Shown piece after piece: positions 9,432 to 18,539 of a stretch of 64,000 nt of DNA. The notes beneath the pieces were generated by a model. That model did not search any database and was not told the origin of the DNA. It saw only the letters and a list, made by a program, of their open reading frames with translations. The position numbers were made by a program, and so were the translations under genes. Within the stretch, counting starts at the first letter, position 1. Every line of letters begins with the position of its first letter. Source of the DNA: an uncultured Pseudomonadota bacterium (GTDB lineage: Bacteria; Oederibacteriota; Muellerivitia; Muellerivitales; Muellerivitaceae). The stretch lies in NCBI GenBank assembly GCA_963836235.1, contig CAWIIP010000002.1, positions 1,056,001-1,120,000 on the forward strand. The letters are read 5' to 3'.

Positions 9432-11240
9432 TTAAACTTGCTGAAGGTTTTTTCGGAAGGCTTGTGGAGTCTGTCCGATTTTTTTTCGGAACAGTTGAAT
9501 GAAGTGTGGATTTGATTTAAACCCGCAGTCCCTCGCGACTCGGAAGATCGGAAGCCGGGTGGCTTTCAGCAGACGTTTGGCCTCGTCCAGGCGGCGCCTC
9601 TGAAGATAGGCTTCCAGTCCCAACCCGGTGAGTTTCTTGAAACGCCGACTAAAGGTGGAAATCGAAAAACCCGCCCGCTTGGCCAGATCGGCAATAGGCA
9701 AAGGTTTCGTGAAGTGACGGTCTAAGTACTCGCGCACCTTCTCCACTGAATGGTCCTGTTGAGCCGAGAAAGGCTTCTCAATCTCTCTTTCCAATTTAGA
9801 AAGGGCCGTCTGGTAGGCCAGGACGATTTCTTGGAAAGTGACAGCCTCTTCCAATACACAGGCCGCGTCCTCCCTTAGCTTGCGCCTCTGGCGGGGGTGA
9901 AGGTCCATTCGTATCCCGACCGTTTCGGAAAGCCTATTCAGGGCGTAATGAAAATGCCACCGGATCTCGTGGGGATTCTGGAACGATACTTGTATGGCCT
10001 GCTTGAGGAAGAGGTCCTTGAGCACTTCCAGCCCGGAGAAGGACGCCGTCTGGAAGGCTTCATTCATATTGTCCAATAGGGTTCCTAGTTCCCTCACTCC
10101 GCCAAAAGCCAGTCCTTTTTTCCCGCCATCGAAAAACAATATTTCTTTAGCCGCGCCTTTCCACAAATGCAAGGCTAGGACGGCTTGTCGGTAGGACGGA
10201 TTCAAGGGTTCCCCAGGCGTCACTGTCTCTCCTACTCCTACCAATACCGGACCGCCCAATTCTTTGACGGCAAAGTCTCTTATTCTCCGGGCCGTCTCTT
10301 CGATGTTTTTTCTTTGAACCAATTTAGGCATCTTGGGATCGGCCGAAGTCACAAAAACCGCCCCATAGTCGTCCAATTTTCCGCCCACCGTTTCCGGAAG
10401 GGTTTGGGCGAAAAGAAAGGCCCCTCTCTGGAACCTGTAGATGCGTAATACTTCCGCCGTCCAATCCAGTGCCGTTAGTCCTGATCTTTGGGGGATGACC
10501 GTCAACACCGTCGTGGGTGTGCGGGTCACGCCAATTTCATCCTTCACCCACGCCCATTCCTCAATTTTTTTCGACCAAGGCGGAACCGATTCGGAGGTGG
10601 GCTTTCCCAGGGCCCAATCCATGAAATAACTATGGGGTAGGTTCTTCGAGAAAACACCCACCAACAGGGCTTGGAACCTCGGGCCGATGGCTTCTCCGTC
10701 CCCGGAGCCGGAAAGAAGATTAGCGAAAAGTTCCAGCGATTCCTCGAAGGCCGGTAAGAGCGGGCCATCCAGAACGGGGATTTCCAAAAGCGACCGGGTG
10801 AACTCTCGGAACTCGGGAAGGTCGGGCGAGACGGCACGCCCGCTCAGTTGTTTCCAGCAATGGGAAAGGGTCTCGAAAGTGATTTCCTTTTTCGCGAAGG
10901 CTCCCGCTTGCAGGCATCCCAGGATTTTTTCGCCGGTCAGGATTGGCACGAATAAATCTTTGAACCCCAGGTGTTCCACGCCGACCGTCTTGCGGGTTTC
11001 CTGAACCTTCTTGAAGCACTGGCCGACGAAATGGTCCCGGGCCTGAGGCCCTCCATATTTGACTTCCAGGGCGTAAAGACTGGTCGTCCTTTTGCGGCGG
11101 TTCAAGGCCCACCAAACCTTGGGGGAAGTAATCTGGGGCCCGGAAACCAGGAAACAGCTTAAATCCACATAATAGTGAATGACGCTATGGAAGGGCTTGT
11201 ATTGAAGAAACTGGGAAAAAGCGGAGAACTTACTCTTCAT
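9432..11240 (-). CDS. AraC-family transcriptional regulator (paralog of 1369..3165)
   Basis: FSRRFKKLTG...RLDEAKRLL...VARDCGFKSNPHFIQLFRKKIGQTPQAFR. Shares EIGVTRTPTTV and VGGKLDDYGAVFV blocks with the paralog. Confidence 0.88.
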   Translation of the reverse strand: MKSKFSAFSQFLQYKPFHSVIHYYVDLSCFLVSGPQITSPKVWWALNRRKRTTSLYALEVKYGGPQARDHFVGQCFKKVQETRKTVGVEHLGFKDLFVPILTGEKILGCLQAGAFAKKEITFETLSHCWKQLSGRAVSPDLPEFREFTRSLLEIPVLDGPLLPAFEESLELFANLLSGSGDGEAIGPRFQALLVGVFSKNLPHSYFMDWALGKPTSESVPPWSKKIEEWAWVKDEIGVTRTPTTVLTVIPQRSGLTALDWTAEVLRIYRFQRGAFLFAQTLPETVGGKLDDYGAVFVTSADPKMPKLVQRKNIEETARRIRDFAVKELGGPVLVGVGETVTPGEPLNPSYRQAVLALHLWKGAAKEILFFDGGKKGLAFGGVRELGTLLDNMNEAFQTASFSGLEVLKDLFLKQAIQVSFQNPHEIRWHFHYALNRLSETVGIRMDLHPRQRRKLREDAACVLEEAVTFQEIVLAYQTALSKLEREIEKPFSAQQDHSVEKVREYLDRHFTKPLPIADLAKRAGFSISTFSRRFKKLTGLGLEAYLQRRRLDEAKRLLKATRLPIFRVARDCGFKSNPHFIQLFRKKIGQTPQAFRKNLQQV

Positions 11241-11295
11241 GAGGGCATTTTATAAGATCATCTAGGGAGTGGGGCTTAAATCGGATTCCTTGGAA

Positions 11296-14200
11296 TCAGC
11301 CGAGAATCAGGAGTTTTCCAATAGCGCGGTGCCCGTCAACGGTGACAACAATGTAATAGACCCCGTCCGCCAAGGGCGCCCCACGTCGGTCAGTCAGCTC
11401 CACCGTTACGGGTTTACCCGACGGCACGTTCCAGAAAGTCTCATCCTGCACTTTCCGGAAAGCGATGGTGAAAATCTCCACACGTACATCTCCCAAACCT
11501 TGGTAAGCGGGCGGTAACACACTCACCGTCGGGCCTGTAACCGGGTTGGGGTACACCACCACGCCGGAGCTACCCGTCGGACTAGTCGTAGGAGTTTCGG
11601 TTGATGTGAAAACAACGGTGGAAGTGGCGGTAACTGTATTCGTAGGCGTGTTGGAAGGCGTTGACGTCACCGTTACGATGGTAATCACCGCCCCGGTCAC
11701 GGGTAAACCGCTAAAGAGCACCGCTTGCCCATTCGTTCCGGCCCCGTTTGTCACACTGAACTGGTAGTTCCCTGTCGGCGCGCTATTTGAAAAGTTCACC
11801 ACCACTTGGTAAGTCACCGCACCGTTACTCGGCTGAATGGTCCCGTTAAAATTAAAGGTTGCCGTCGTTCCTCCTGTGAAACTCGCGGTAGAGATAACCG
11901 TTCCATTGTCCACCAGTGATACGGAAGTGATCCCTGTGGGAGAAGCCCCCGACTCGGTAAGGGTCAAACTGCTCAAAGTAACCGGATTGTTACTAGGATT
12001 GACCAGTTGAATTTGCTGAACTGATACGTTGGAGGTTCCCGGTATCTGTGAAGAATTGGAGGGTGGGCTTGACCCTTGCGAGGCTTGTACCGTCACTACC
12101 GTGGGAGTGGGAGTCAATGTGATCGTGGAAGTGACGGTATAAGTTGCCGTATTGATCAGGGTATTGGTGGGAGTAGATGTAACCGTTGGAGTCGTAGTTT
12201 TAGTTGGGCTATTAGTGAGTGTGGATGTGGCGGTGGCGCTATTCGTCGGCGTACTCGTCATCGTGGGTGTGATAACCAAGGTATTGGTCGTCGTCGCCGA
12301 AGGCGTGCCGGTAGCCGTGCGAGTAGTTGTGAAGGTTGGCGTCGTTGATGAAGTCGAAGTGGCGGTTGAAGTAGGGCTGTTAGTGGGTGTGGCCGTCAGT
12401 GTGTTCATGGCCGTATTGGTCGCCGTAGAAGTAGTGGTACTGGTGGGGCTGGAAGTCGTCGTATTCGTCACTGTATTCGTTCGGGTGACTGTTGCGGTGT
12501 TGGATGGGGTTGAGGTGGCGCTATTTGTCAGCGTATCCGTCACCGTGGGCGTGATGACCGAGGTATTCGTCGTCGTCGCTGAAGGCGTGCCAGTAGCCGT
12601 GCGGGTAGTTGTCGATGTTGTAGTCCCGGATGCGGTTGAAGTGGTCGTTGCCGTGGGACTATTGGTGGGGGTGGCTGTCAGGGTGTTCATGGCCGTATTG
12701 GTCGCCGTAGAAGTAGTGGTACTGGTGGGGCTGGAAGTCGTCGTATTCGTCACTGTATTCGTTCGGGTGACTGTCGCGGTGTTGGATGGGGTTGAGGTGG
12801 CGCTATTTGTCAGCGTATCCGTCACCGTGGGCGTGATGACCGAGGTATTAGTCGTCGTTGCTGAAGGCGTGCCAGTAGCCGTGCGAGTAGTTGTTGATGT
12901 TGGAGTCCCGGATGCGGTTGAAGTAGTGGTACTGGTAGGGCTGGAAGTCGTCGTGTTCGTCACTGTATTCGTTCGGGTGGCTGTCGCCGTGCCGGTGGGC
13001 GTATTGGAAGGCGTTGAAGTCAGTGTGTTCACCACCGTGTTGGTTGAAGTCGAGCTTGCGGTGCTGGTGGCTGTATTGGTACGGGTTGCCGTCGGAGTAG
13101 CTGTGGCAGTACCTGTTGGACTTGAAGTCACCGTATTCGTCGCGGTATTCGTCCTAGTCGACGTGGGGCTGGCCGTAGGGGTTGAACTGGGGGTTGCCGT
13201 CGCCGTATTAGCCACGGTGTTCGTCGCTGTCAATGTTGCCGTTTTTGTCGCCGTAGCCGTGGGGCTTGAAGTAGCGGAAGCGGTTGGGCTGGAAGTTTGG
13301 GTATTAGTCGGTGAATTGGTCCTGGTAGCCGTCGGGCTTGAGGTGGCAGTCAATGTTGCCGTATTGGTGGGACTATTGGTCCTGGTTGCGGTAGGGGTGG
13401 AGGTGGCCGTACTGGCAACCGTGTTGGTTGCAGTGGATGTAGCCGTCTTTGTCGCCGTAGCCGTGGGACTGTTGGTAGGGGTACTCGTGCGAATCGCGGT
13501 TGGACTATTCGTTCGAGTGAAGGTTGGAGTAGCGGTAGGCGTGCTAGTGGGTCCAGAGGAACTAGAGCCAGGAATAACGATCAGATCCATTTCACTGGGT
13601 TGCAGGCTCACCGTAAAGGTCGTTCCGGTCGTTTGGGCCACCCCTGCGATGGAAGCAATAGCGCTAGGCGCCGGATTGGCGGTGCCGTTAATCTGAAGTC
13701 CAGTTACCTCTTGTGGCGCGCCGGAGGAACTGCTTCCTTGGGGAAGCATGACCCAAGCTTGACCGGAGGCCGCAGGGGTGAACCCCGACACAGTGATTGT
13801 GGTGGCCATGGTGGCGGTTGGACTGTTATTCACCATGAAAAGGGTGAGGTTGCCTGAAGCGTTCATCGCCGCATAGGCATTCACGTTCGTGGTGCTACTG
13901 GTGCAAGTCACCATATTGCTGCCGAACTTGCCCGACAGCATAGGAAAGACATAGTAATTTGGAAATGGAGCGTAGGAAGTCGTGTTAACGAAACCATAAT
14001 CGGGGGTACCTCCATTGAGGGTGGCCCAAAGGTTTGCGCCGATCCAGCCGTTCTTTGCCATTTCCATAATCCATTCGGAACAGAACATGGCGTTCACGTA
14101 CTCGTTGGTTTGAGCATCGGGGCCAAGGCTGCAGTTGTATTCAGTCATGAAGTATTTCACTTGTCCGACATAAGAAGCACCTAAGGCGGAAGACACAATG

Positions 14201-15057
14201 GAATTCAAGCTGGCTGTTTGAACCGCGACGGTGGCGGGGTAACTGAGAATTTTAGTATCGGTGGCCTGGCCCGCAGCGACACCGGCGGCCAGGGGGTAAT
14301 TGTGAATGATCAGGAAGTCAGGCACGACACCAGCGGCTTTGGCAGCCGTAAGCATGTTCGGTGTCCAGTTGGTATAATCCGTTGAACCGGGGGACGCCAC
14401 AGCACCGATTTTAATGGTAGAGTCGATGGCTTTCATGCCGTTGTAATAATCGGCAAAATATTGGCCGTAAACCGTTCCCGTCAAAGTGCTACCGGTCGAG
14501 CCCTGGCCTCCCTGTTCCCAATTGCCGTAAACTTCATTACCGACTTCCCAATAAGTCGCCTTGGCCGACCCCGTATTGGTCAGGTTCCAGGTGACCCACG
14601 CTTCCGCCAGGCTGACCGCTTGTGCGTGGGTGAATTGGGTGCTGGTGCCGGATCCCGAGGCGCCGCTGCACCAGTAACCGCTGAGATTCACAATGGGCTG
14701 TAGGGTTCCACCGAATGTTTGCAAAAAGGTGATGAACTGGGGGGTAGTAGCGGCACCCGTATCATTGCAAACGAGATTATTCCAATCCACGATGTCGGCT
14801 TCGGATCCGCCCGGCCACCGGATGTTTCGGCAGCCCGAAACCTGCATAGCGGTGTTATAAGTGGCGACCGTGCCGTTGTTGGCTCCGTTGTAATACTGGG
14901 CGTTGTTGCCGTAAATCGTGTTCGGAATAGTAACAATGGTCGTTCCAGCATTCACGGTGATGCTGGCCTGAGCAAATAAACTGGGAATGTTTATCCCAAA
15001 AAATAGAATGGTTAGGCCCGGCAAGGCCTTTTTTAAAATCCACATTTCCTTTTTCAA
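11296..15057 (-). CDS. Clan GH-A glycoside hydrolase (GH51/arabinofuranosidase-like) + stalk + Ig-like module + CTD
   Basis: IRWPGGSEAD, YWEVGNEVYGNWE (acid/base), FMTEYN (nucleophile). Signal peptide; TTG start. Exact family uncertain. Confidence 0.72.
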   Translation of the reverse strand: MKKEMWILKKALPGLTILFFGINIPSLFAQASITVNAGTTIVTIPNTIYGNNAQYYNGANNGTVATYNTAMQVSGCRNIRWPGGSEADIVDWNNLVCNDTGAATTPQFITFLQTFGGTLQPIVNLSGYWCSGASGSGTSTQFTHAQAVSLAEAWVTWNLTNTGSAKATYWEVGNEVYGNWEQGGQGSTGSTLTGTVYGQYFADYYNGMKAIDSTIKIGAVASPGSTDYTNWTPNMLTAAKAAGVVPDFLIIHNYPLAAGVAAGQATDTKILSYPATVAVQTASLNSIVSSALGASYVGQVKYFMTEYNCSLGPDAQTNEYVNAMFCSEWIMEMAKNGWIGANLWATLNGGTPDYGFVNTTSYAPFPNYYVFPMLSGKFGSNMVTCTSSTTNVNAYAAMNASGNLTLFMVNNSPTATMATTITVSGFTPAASGQAWVMLPQGSSSSGAPQEVTGLQINGTANPAPSAIASIAGVAQTTGTTFTVSLQPSEMDLIVIPGSSSSGPTSTPTATPTFTRTNSPTAIRTSTPTNSPTATATKTATSTATNTVASTATSTPTATRTNSPTNTATLTATSSPTATRTNSPTNTQTSSPTASATSSPTATATKTATLTATNTVANTATATPSSTPTASPTSTRTNTATNTVTSSPTGTATATPTATRTNTATSTASSTSTNTVVNTLTSTPSNTPTGTATATRTNTVTNTTTSSPTSTTTSTASGTPTSTTTRTATGTPSATTTNTSVITPTVTDTLTNSATSTPSNTATVTRTNTVTNTTTSSPTSTTTSTATNTAMNTLTATPTNSPTATTTSTASGTTTSTTTRTATGTPSATTTNTSVITPTVTDTLTNSATSTPSNTATVTRTNTVTNTTTSSPTSTTTSTATNTAMNTLTATPTNSPTSTATSTSSTTPTFTTTRTATGTPSATTTNTLVITPTMTSTPTNSATATSTLTNSPTKTTTPTVTSTPTNTLINTATYTVTSTITLTPTPTVVTVQASQGSSPPSNSSQIPGTSNVSVQQIQLVNPSNNPVTLSSLTLTESGASPTGITSVSLVDNGTVISTASFTGGTTATFNFNGTIQPSNGAVTYQVVVNFSNSAPTGNYQFSVTNGAGTNGQAVLFSGLPVTGAVITIVTVTSTPSNTPTNTVTATSTVVFTSTETPTTSPTGSSGVVVYPNPVTGPTVSVLPPAYQGLGDVRVEIFTIAFRKVQDETFWNVPSGKPVTVELTDRRGAPLADGVYYIVVTVDGHRAIGKLLILG
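12223..13266. repeat. ~1.04 kb stalk segment near-identical to 15869..16912; contains a 282-bp (94-aa) internal tandem duplication
   Basis: Offset 3646 with about 2 mismatches seen. Internal period 282 (12401/12683 and 12521/12803). Confidence 0.9.
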
Positions 15058-15143
15058 TCCCTTTTGAAAAGAAGATTAAACAACCTTTAAATTTGCCTTA
15101 CATAAAACGTTTTGAGTTGAAACCAAAAACTATTACTCAATTA

Positions 15144-15157
15144 TGAAACCGGTTTCA
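15144..15157. promoter_or_regulatory. Perfect palindrome TGAAACCGGTTTCA
   Basis: ~90 bp upstream of the GH51-like start; recurrent motif. Confidence 0.65.
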
Positions 15158-15412
15158 GTTATTACCTTTAAATACCCACTTAAACAATACTAAATGAGTG
15201 GTAGCGGTTACAATTTTACCGGACTATCGGAACAAATGGTAGGAATCGAAGCCTGTCGTTTCACGGTCAACTTTTCCCATTTTCCACCTACTTACCAACA
15301 TGAAAGCAATCTCTTTTATCTTTTAGGAACACATAGTCGCACTAATCAAACCTCAGCCGAAGAAGGTGCACTCAACAATAAAATTTTCGACTTTAAAAAA
15401 TCTAGCTTGGCG

Positions 15413-18277
15413 TTAGTGGATAACCAAGAGTTTGGTGATGGAACGGTGCCCATCGACAGTGACGATTATGTAATAGACTCCATCAGCCAAAAGCCTCCCC
15501 GATCTATCGGTGAGTTCCACCGTGACCGGCACGCCCGAAAGCACGTTCCGGAATATCACATCCTGCACTTTCCGGAAGGCGAGGGTGAATATCTCCACAC
15601 GCACATCCGAAGAGCCTGAATAAGCAGGTGGAAGCACATTAACCGTCGGTCCATTAACCGGGTTGGGATAAACCACCACACCGGAGTGGCCCGTCGGGCT
15701 AGCCGTAGGGGTTTCTGTCGAAGTAAAAGAGCTAGAAGAAGTGGATGTTGCCGTAGAGGTCGCCGTATTGACTATGGTGTTGGTGGGAGTAGATGTAACC
15801 GTTGGAGTGGTGGTCTTGGTTGGGCTGCTGGTGGGTGTGAAGGTGGTGGTCGGGGTAGCCGTACTTGAGGATGTGGCGGTGGCGCTATTCGTCGGCGTAC
15901 TCGTCATCGTGGGTGTGATAACCGAGGTATTGGTCGTCGTCGCCGAAGGCGTGCCGGTAGCCGTGCGAGTAGTTGTGAAGGTTGGCGTCGTTGATGAAGT
16001 CGAAGTGGCGGTTGAAGTAGGGCTGTTAGTGGGTGTGGCCGTCAGTGTGTTCATGGCCGTATTGGTCGCCGTAGAAGTAGTGGTACTGGTGGGGCTGGAA
16101 GTCGTCGTATTCGTCACTGTATTCGTTCGGGTGACTGTTGCGGTGTTGGATGGGGTTGATGTGGCGCTATTTGTCAGCGTATCCGTCACCGTGGGCGTGA
16201 TGACCGAGGTATTCGTCGTCGTCGCTGAAGGCGTGCCAGTAGCCGTGCGGGTAGTTGTCGATGTTGTAGTCCCGGATGCGGTTGAAGTGGTCGTTGCCGT
16301 GGGACTATTGGTGGGGGTGGCTGTCAGGGTGTTCATGGCCGTATTGGTCGCCGTAGAAGTAGTGGTACTGGTGGGGCTGGAAGTCGTCGTATTCGTCACT
16401 GTATTCGTTCGGGTGACTGTCGCGGTGTTGGATGGGGTTGAGGTGGCGCTATTTGTCAGCGTATCCGTCACCGTGGGCGTGATGACCGAGGTATTAGTCG
16501 TCGTTGCTGAAGGCGTGCCAGTAGCCGTGCGAGTAGTTGTTGATGTTGGAGTCCCGGATGCGGTTGAAGTAGTGGTACTGGTAGGGCTGGAAGTCGTCGT
16601 GTTCGTCACTGTATTCGTTCGGGTGGCTGTCGCCGTGCCGGTGGGCGTATTGGAAGGCGTTGAAGTCAGTGTGTTCACCACCGTGTTGGTTGAAGTCGAG
16701 CTTGCGGTGCTGGTGGCTGTATTGGTACGGGTTGCCGTCGGAGTAGCTGTGGCAGTACCTGTTGGACTTGAAGTCACCGTATTCGTCGCGGTATTCGTCC
16801 TAGTCGACGTGGGGCTGGCCGTAGGGGTTGAACTGGGGGTTGCCGTCGCCGTATTAGCCACGGTGTTCGTCGCTGTCAATGTTGCCGTTTTTGTCGCCGT
16901 AGCCGTGGGGCTGTCGGTAGGGGTACTGGTGCGGGTGACCGTGGGAGTGAAGGTAGAAGTACTGGTAGCTGCGGCAGGGGTGAAAGTCTTGGTGGGCGTA
17001 TTCGTGGGGCCACAGGCTGGGAAGGCCACATCATCCGCCCCCGCCATGGCCGCATTATAGGTAGTCACTGCCGCCGTATTGGAGGGAGCTTTACCGTTAA
17101 TTAGACAGTTGCAATCGAAAGTCACTCCCTGAGTATTGAAGACGTCAAAGACTTTAGAACCCGTCAGCGTACAGGCGGCAAACAATACATTGGAAACTGG
17201 CGCCTGCGGCAGGCCCCAAACGATCCCCACGTTGGCGGTTCCGGTCGCGGCTTGGCTGGCGGTGACATTTTGGAAAGTGATGTTGTCCCAATAGGGAGTG
17301 GTACTGTTAGCCGCCGAACCCGTATCCGTTGAGGGGCTGGAGGGGACCGTGGGGTAGTAGCTGTACATCAAGATCGGATTGACCATGATGTTAGACATCG
17401 TAATATTGGAATAAGTGATGTTTGAGGTGATGCCACCTTCTGTGTTGTTGGATTTGAGCCTTAAGCCGTATTGAGTCCCATTGAAGACGCAATTGTTGAC
17501 CAGCACATTACTCACTCCGCCGGAGGTGATGCTGCCGATGGAAAGCCCATGGCCAGTCCCGAAGGTGCAACCCTGGACCGTGACTCCATTACAGGCGTTG
17601 GAACCGCCGATTTGGACTACGTCGTCCCCGTCGCTGATATAGCAATTTTGGATATTTACGTTAGTACCGCGCAGGTCAATGCCATCGGTATTGGGCGAGG
17701 GCCAGGGCGCAGTGATGCTCAAAGCCGAGGCCAGAATGTTGGTGCCGTTTCCTAAAAATTGAATATGGAATTTGGGTGAATTTTGAACCGTGATTCCCGA
17801 AACCGTGACTCCCTTGCATCCTGTGAGCTCGATCATGGCGGGAGGGCGGTTATCAGTTCCCCCGCCGTTGAAATAGTTCCACCAGGCAAGCCCTTGTCCA
17901 TCCATGACTCCGCTGCCATTAATGGTGATATTAGTCAAACCCGAACCATAAAGGAAATCGGTGCTGACGGGGAAAGTTCCCATGGCGGTCATCTGCAGGG
18001 TGGCCCCAGCAGAGAGTTGAAAAGTCATGTTGCTTTTGAGGGTGACAGGGCCGCTAAAGAAAGTACCGGCCGGAACCACGACCGTCCCGCCACTTCCCAC
18101 GGCGTTGATGGCGGCCTGAATTGCGGCAGCGTTGTCGGCGCTGCCCGTTGTGGCGTTATAAGGAGCGGAGGTGATAGTGATCGTTTGGGCGGAAGCGGAA
18201 GCGGCGCAAAAGAAAATAAATAAACCTAGTACCCGGTAAAATCGAGTCGATCCAGAAACGTTTTCAATTTTCTTCAT
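15413..18277 (-). CDS. GH28 polygalacturonase + stalk + CTD
   Basis: All four GH28 motifs present: NTDGID, DGDD, GHGLSIGS, RLKS. Signal peptide. Confidence 0.92.
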   Translation of the reverse strand: MKKIENVSGSTRFYRVLGLFIFFCAASASAQTITITSAPYNATTGSADNAAAIQAAINAVGSGGTVVVPAGTFFSGPVTLKSNMTFQLSAGATLQMTAMGTFPVSTDFLYGSGLTNITINGSGVMDGQGLAWWNYFNGGGTDNRPPAMIELTGCKGVTVSGITVQNSPKFHIQFLGNGTNILASALSITAPWPSPNTDGIDLRGTNVNIQNCYISDGDDVVQIGGSNACNGVTVQGCTFGTGHGLSIGSITSGGVSNVLVNNCVFNGTQYGLRLKSNNTEGGITSNITYSNITMSNIMVNPILMYSYYPTVPSSPSTDTGSAANSTTPYWDNITFQNVTASQAATGTANVGIVWGLPQAPVSNVLFAACTLTGSKVFDVFNTQGVTFDCNCLINGKAPSNTAAVTTYNAAMAGADDVAFPACGPTNTPTKTFTPAAATSTSTFTPTVTRTSTPTDSPTATATKTATLTATNTVANTATATPSSTPTASPTSTRTNTATNTVTSSPTGTATATPTATRTNTATSTASSTSTNTVVNTLTSTPSNTPTGTATATRTNTVTNTTTSSPTSTTTSTASGTPTSTTTRTATGTPSATTTNTSVITPTVTDTLTNSATSTPSNTATVTRTNTVTNTTTSSPTSTTTSTATNTAMNTLTATPTNSPTATTTSTASGTTTSTTTRTATGTPSATTTNTSVITPTVTDTLTNSATSTPSNTATVTRTNTVTNTTTSSPTSTTTSTATNTAMNTLTATPTNSPTSTATSTSSTTPTFTTTRTATGTPSATTTNTSVITPTMTSTPTNSATATSSSTATPTTTFTPTSSPTKTTTPTVTSTPTNTIVNTATSTATSTSSSSFTSTETPTASPTGHSGVVVYPNPVNGPTVNVLPPAYSGSSDVRVEIFTLAFRKVQDVIFRNVLSGVPVTVELTDRSGRLLADGVYYIIVTVDGHRSITKLLVIH
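15869..16912. repeat. Stalk segment shared with 12223..13266 (and partly with ~6886..7427)
   Basis: Direct sequence comparison. Confidence 0.9.
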
Positions 18278-18539
18278 TCTTTCGCCTCAAATGGATTCCG
18301 TTCTTCAAAACGGAATAACGCGGGAACAGGTAATACTTAGTACCTGTTAATGGGAGTTTTATTCCACAAATCGCACAACTTCAATACAGAAAGAGTGAAA
18401 CTATTTCAGACTTGTTTCGTCCCGTTTCCAACCTGTTTTGAGGTGAAACCAAATCCAGTGCCTTTTGTGAACCAGTCTGCTTCCCGCCCGGGGCCGCCAT
18501 AATCGCCAAGGACAACCCAAGGAAAGGTATTGCAAAGGA

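Noticed and set aside
5989-16912. Long repeats as an IS element or CRISPR array
   Set aside because: They are in-frame coding repeats with no transposase, terminal inverted repeats, repeat-spacer pattern or cas genes.
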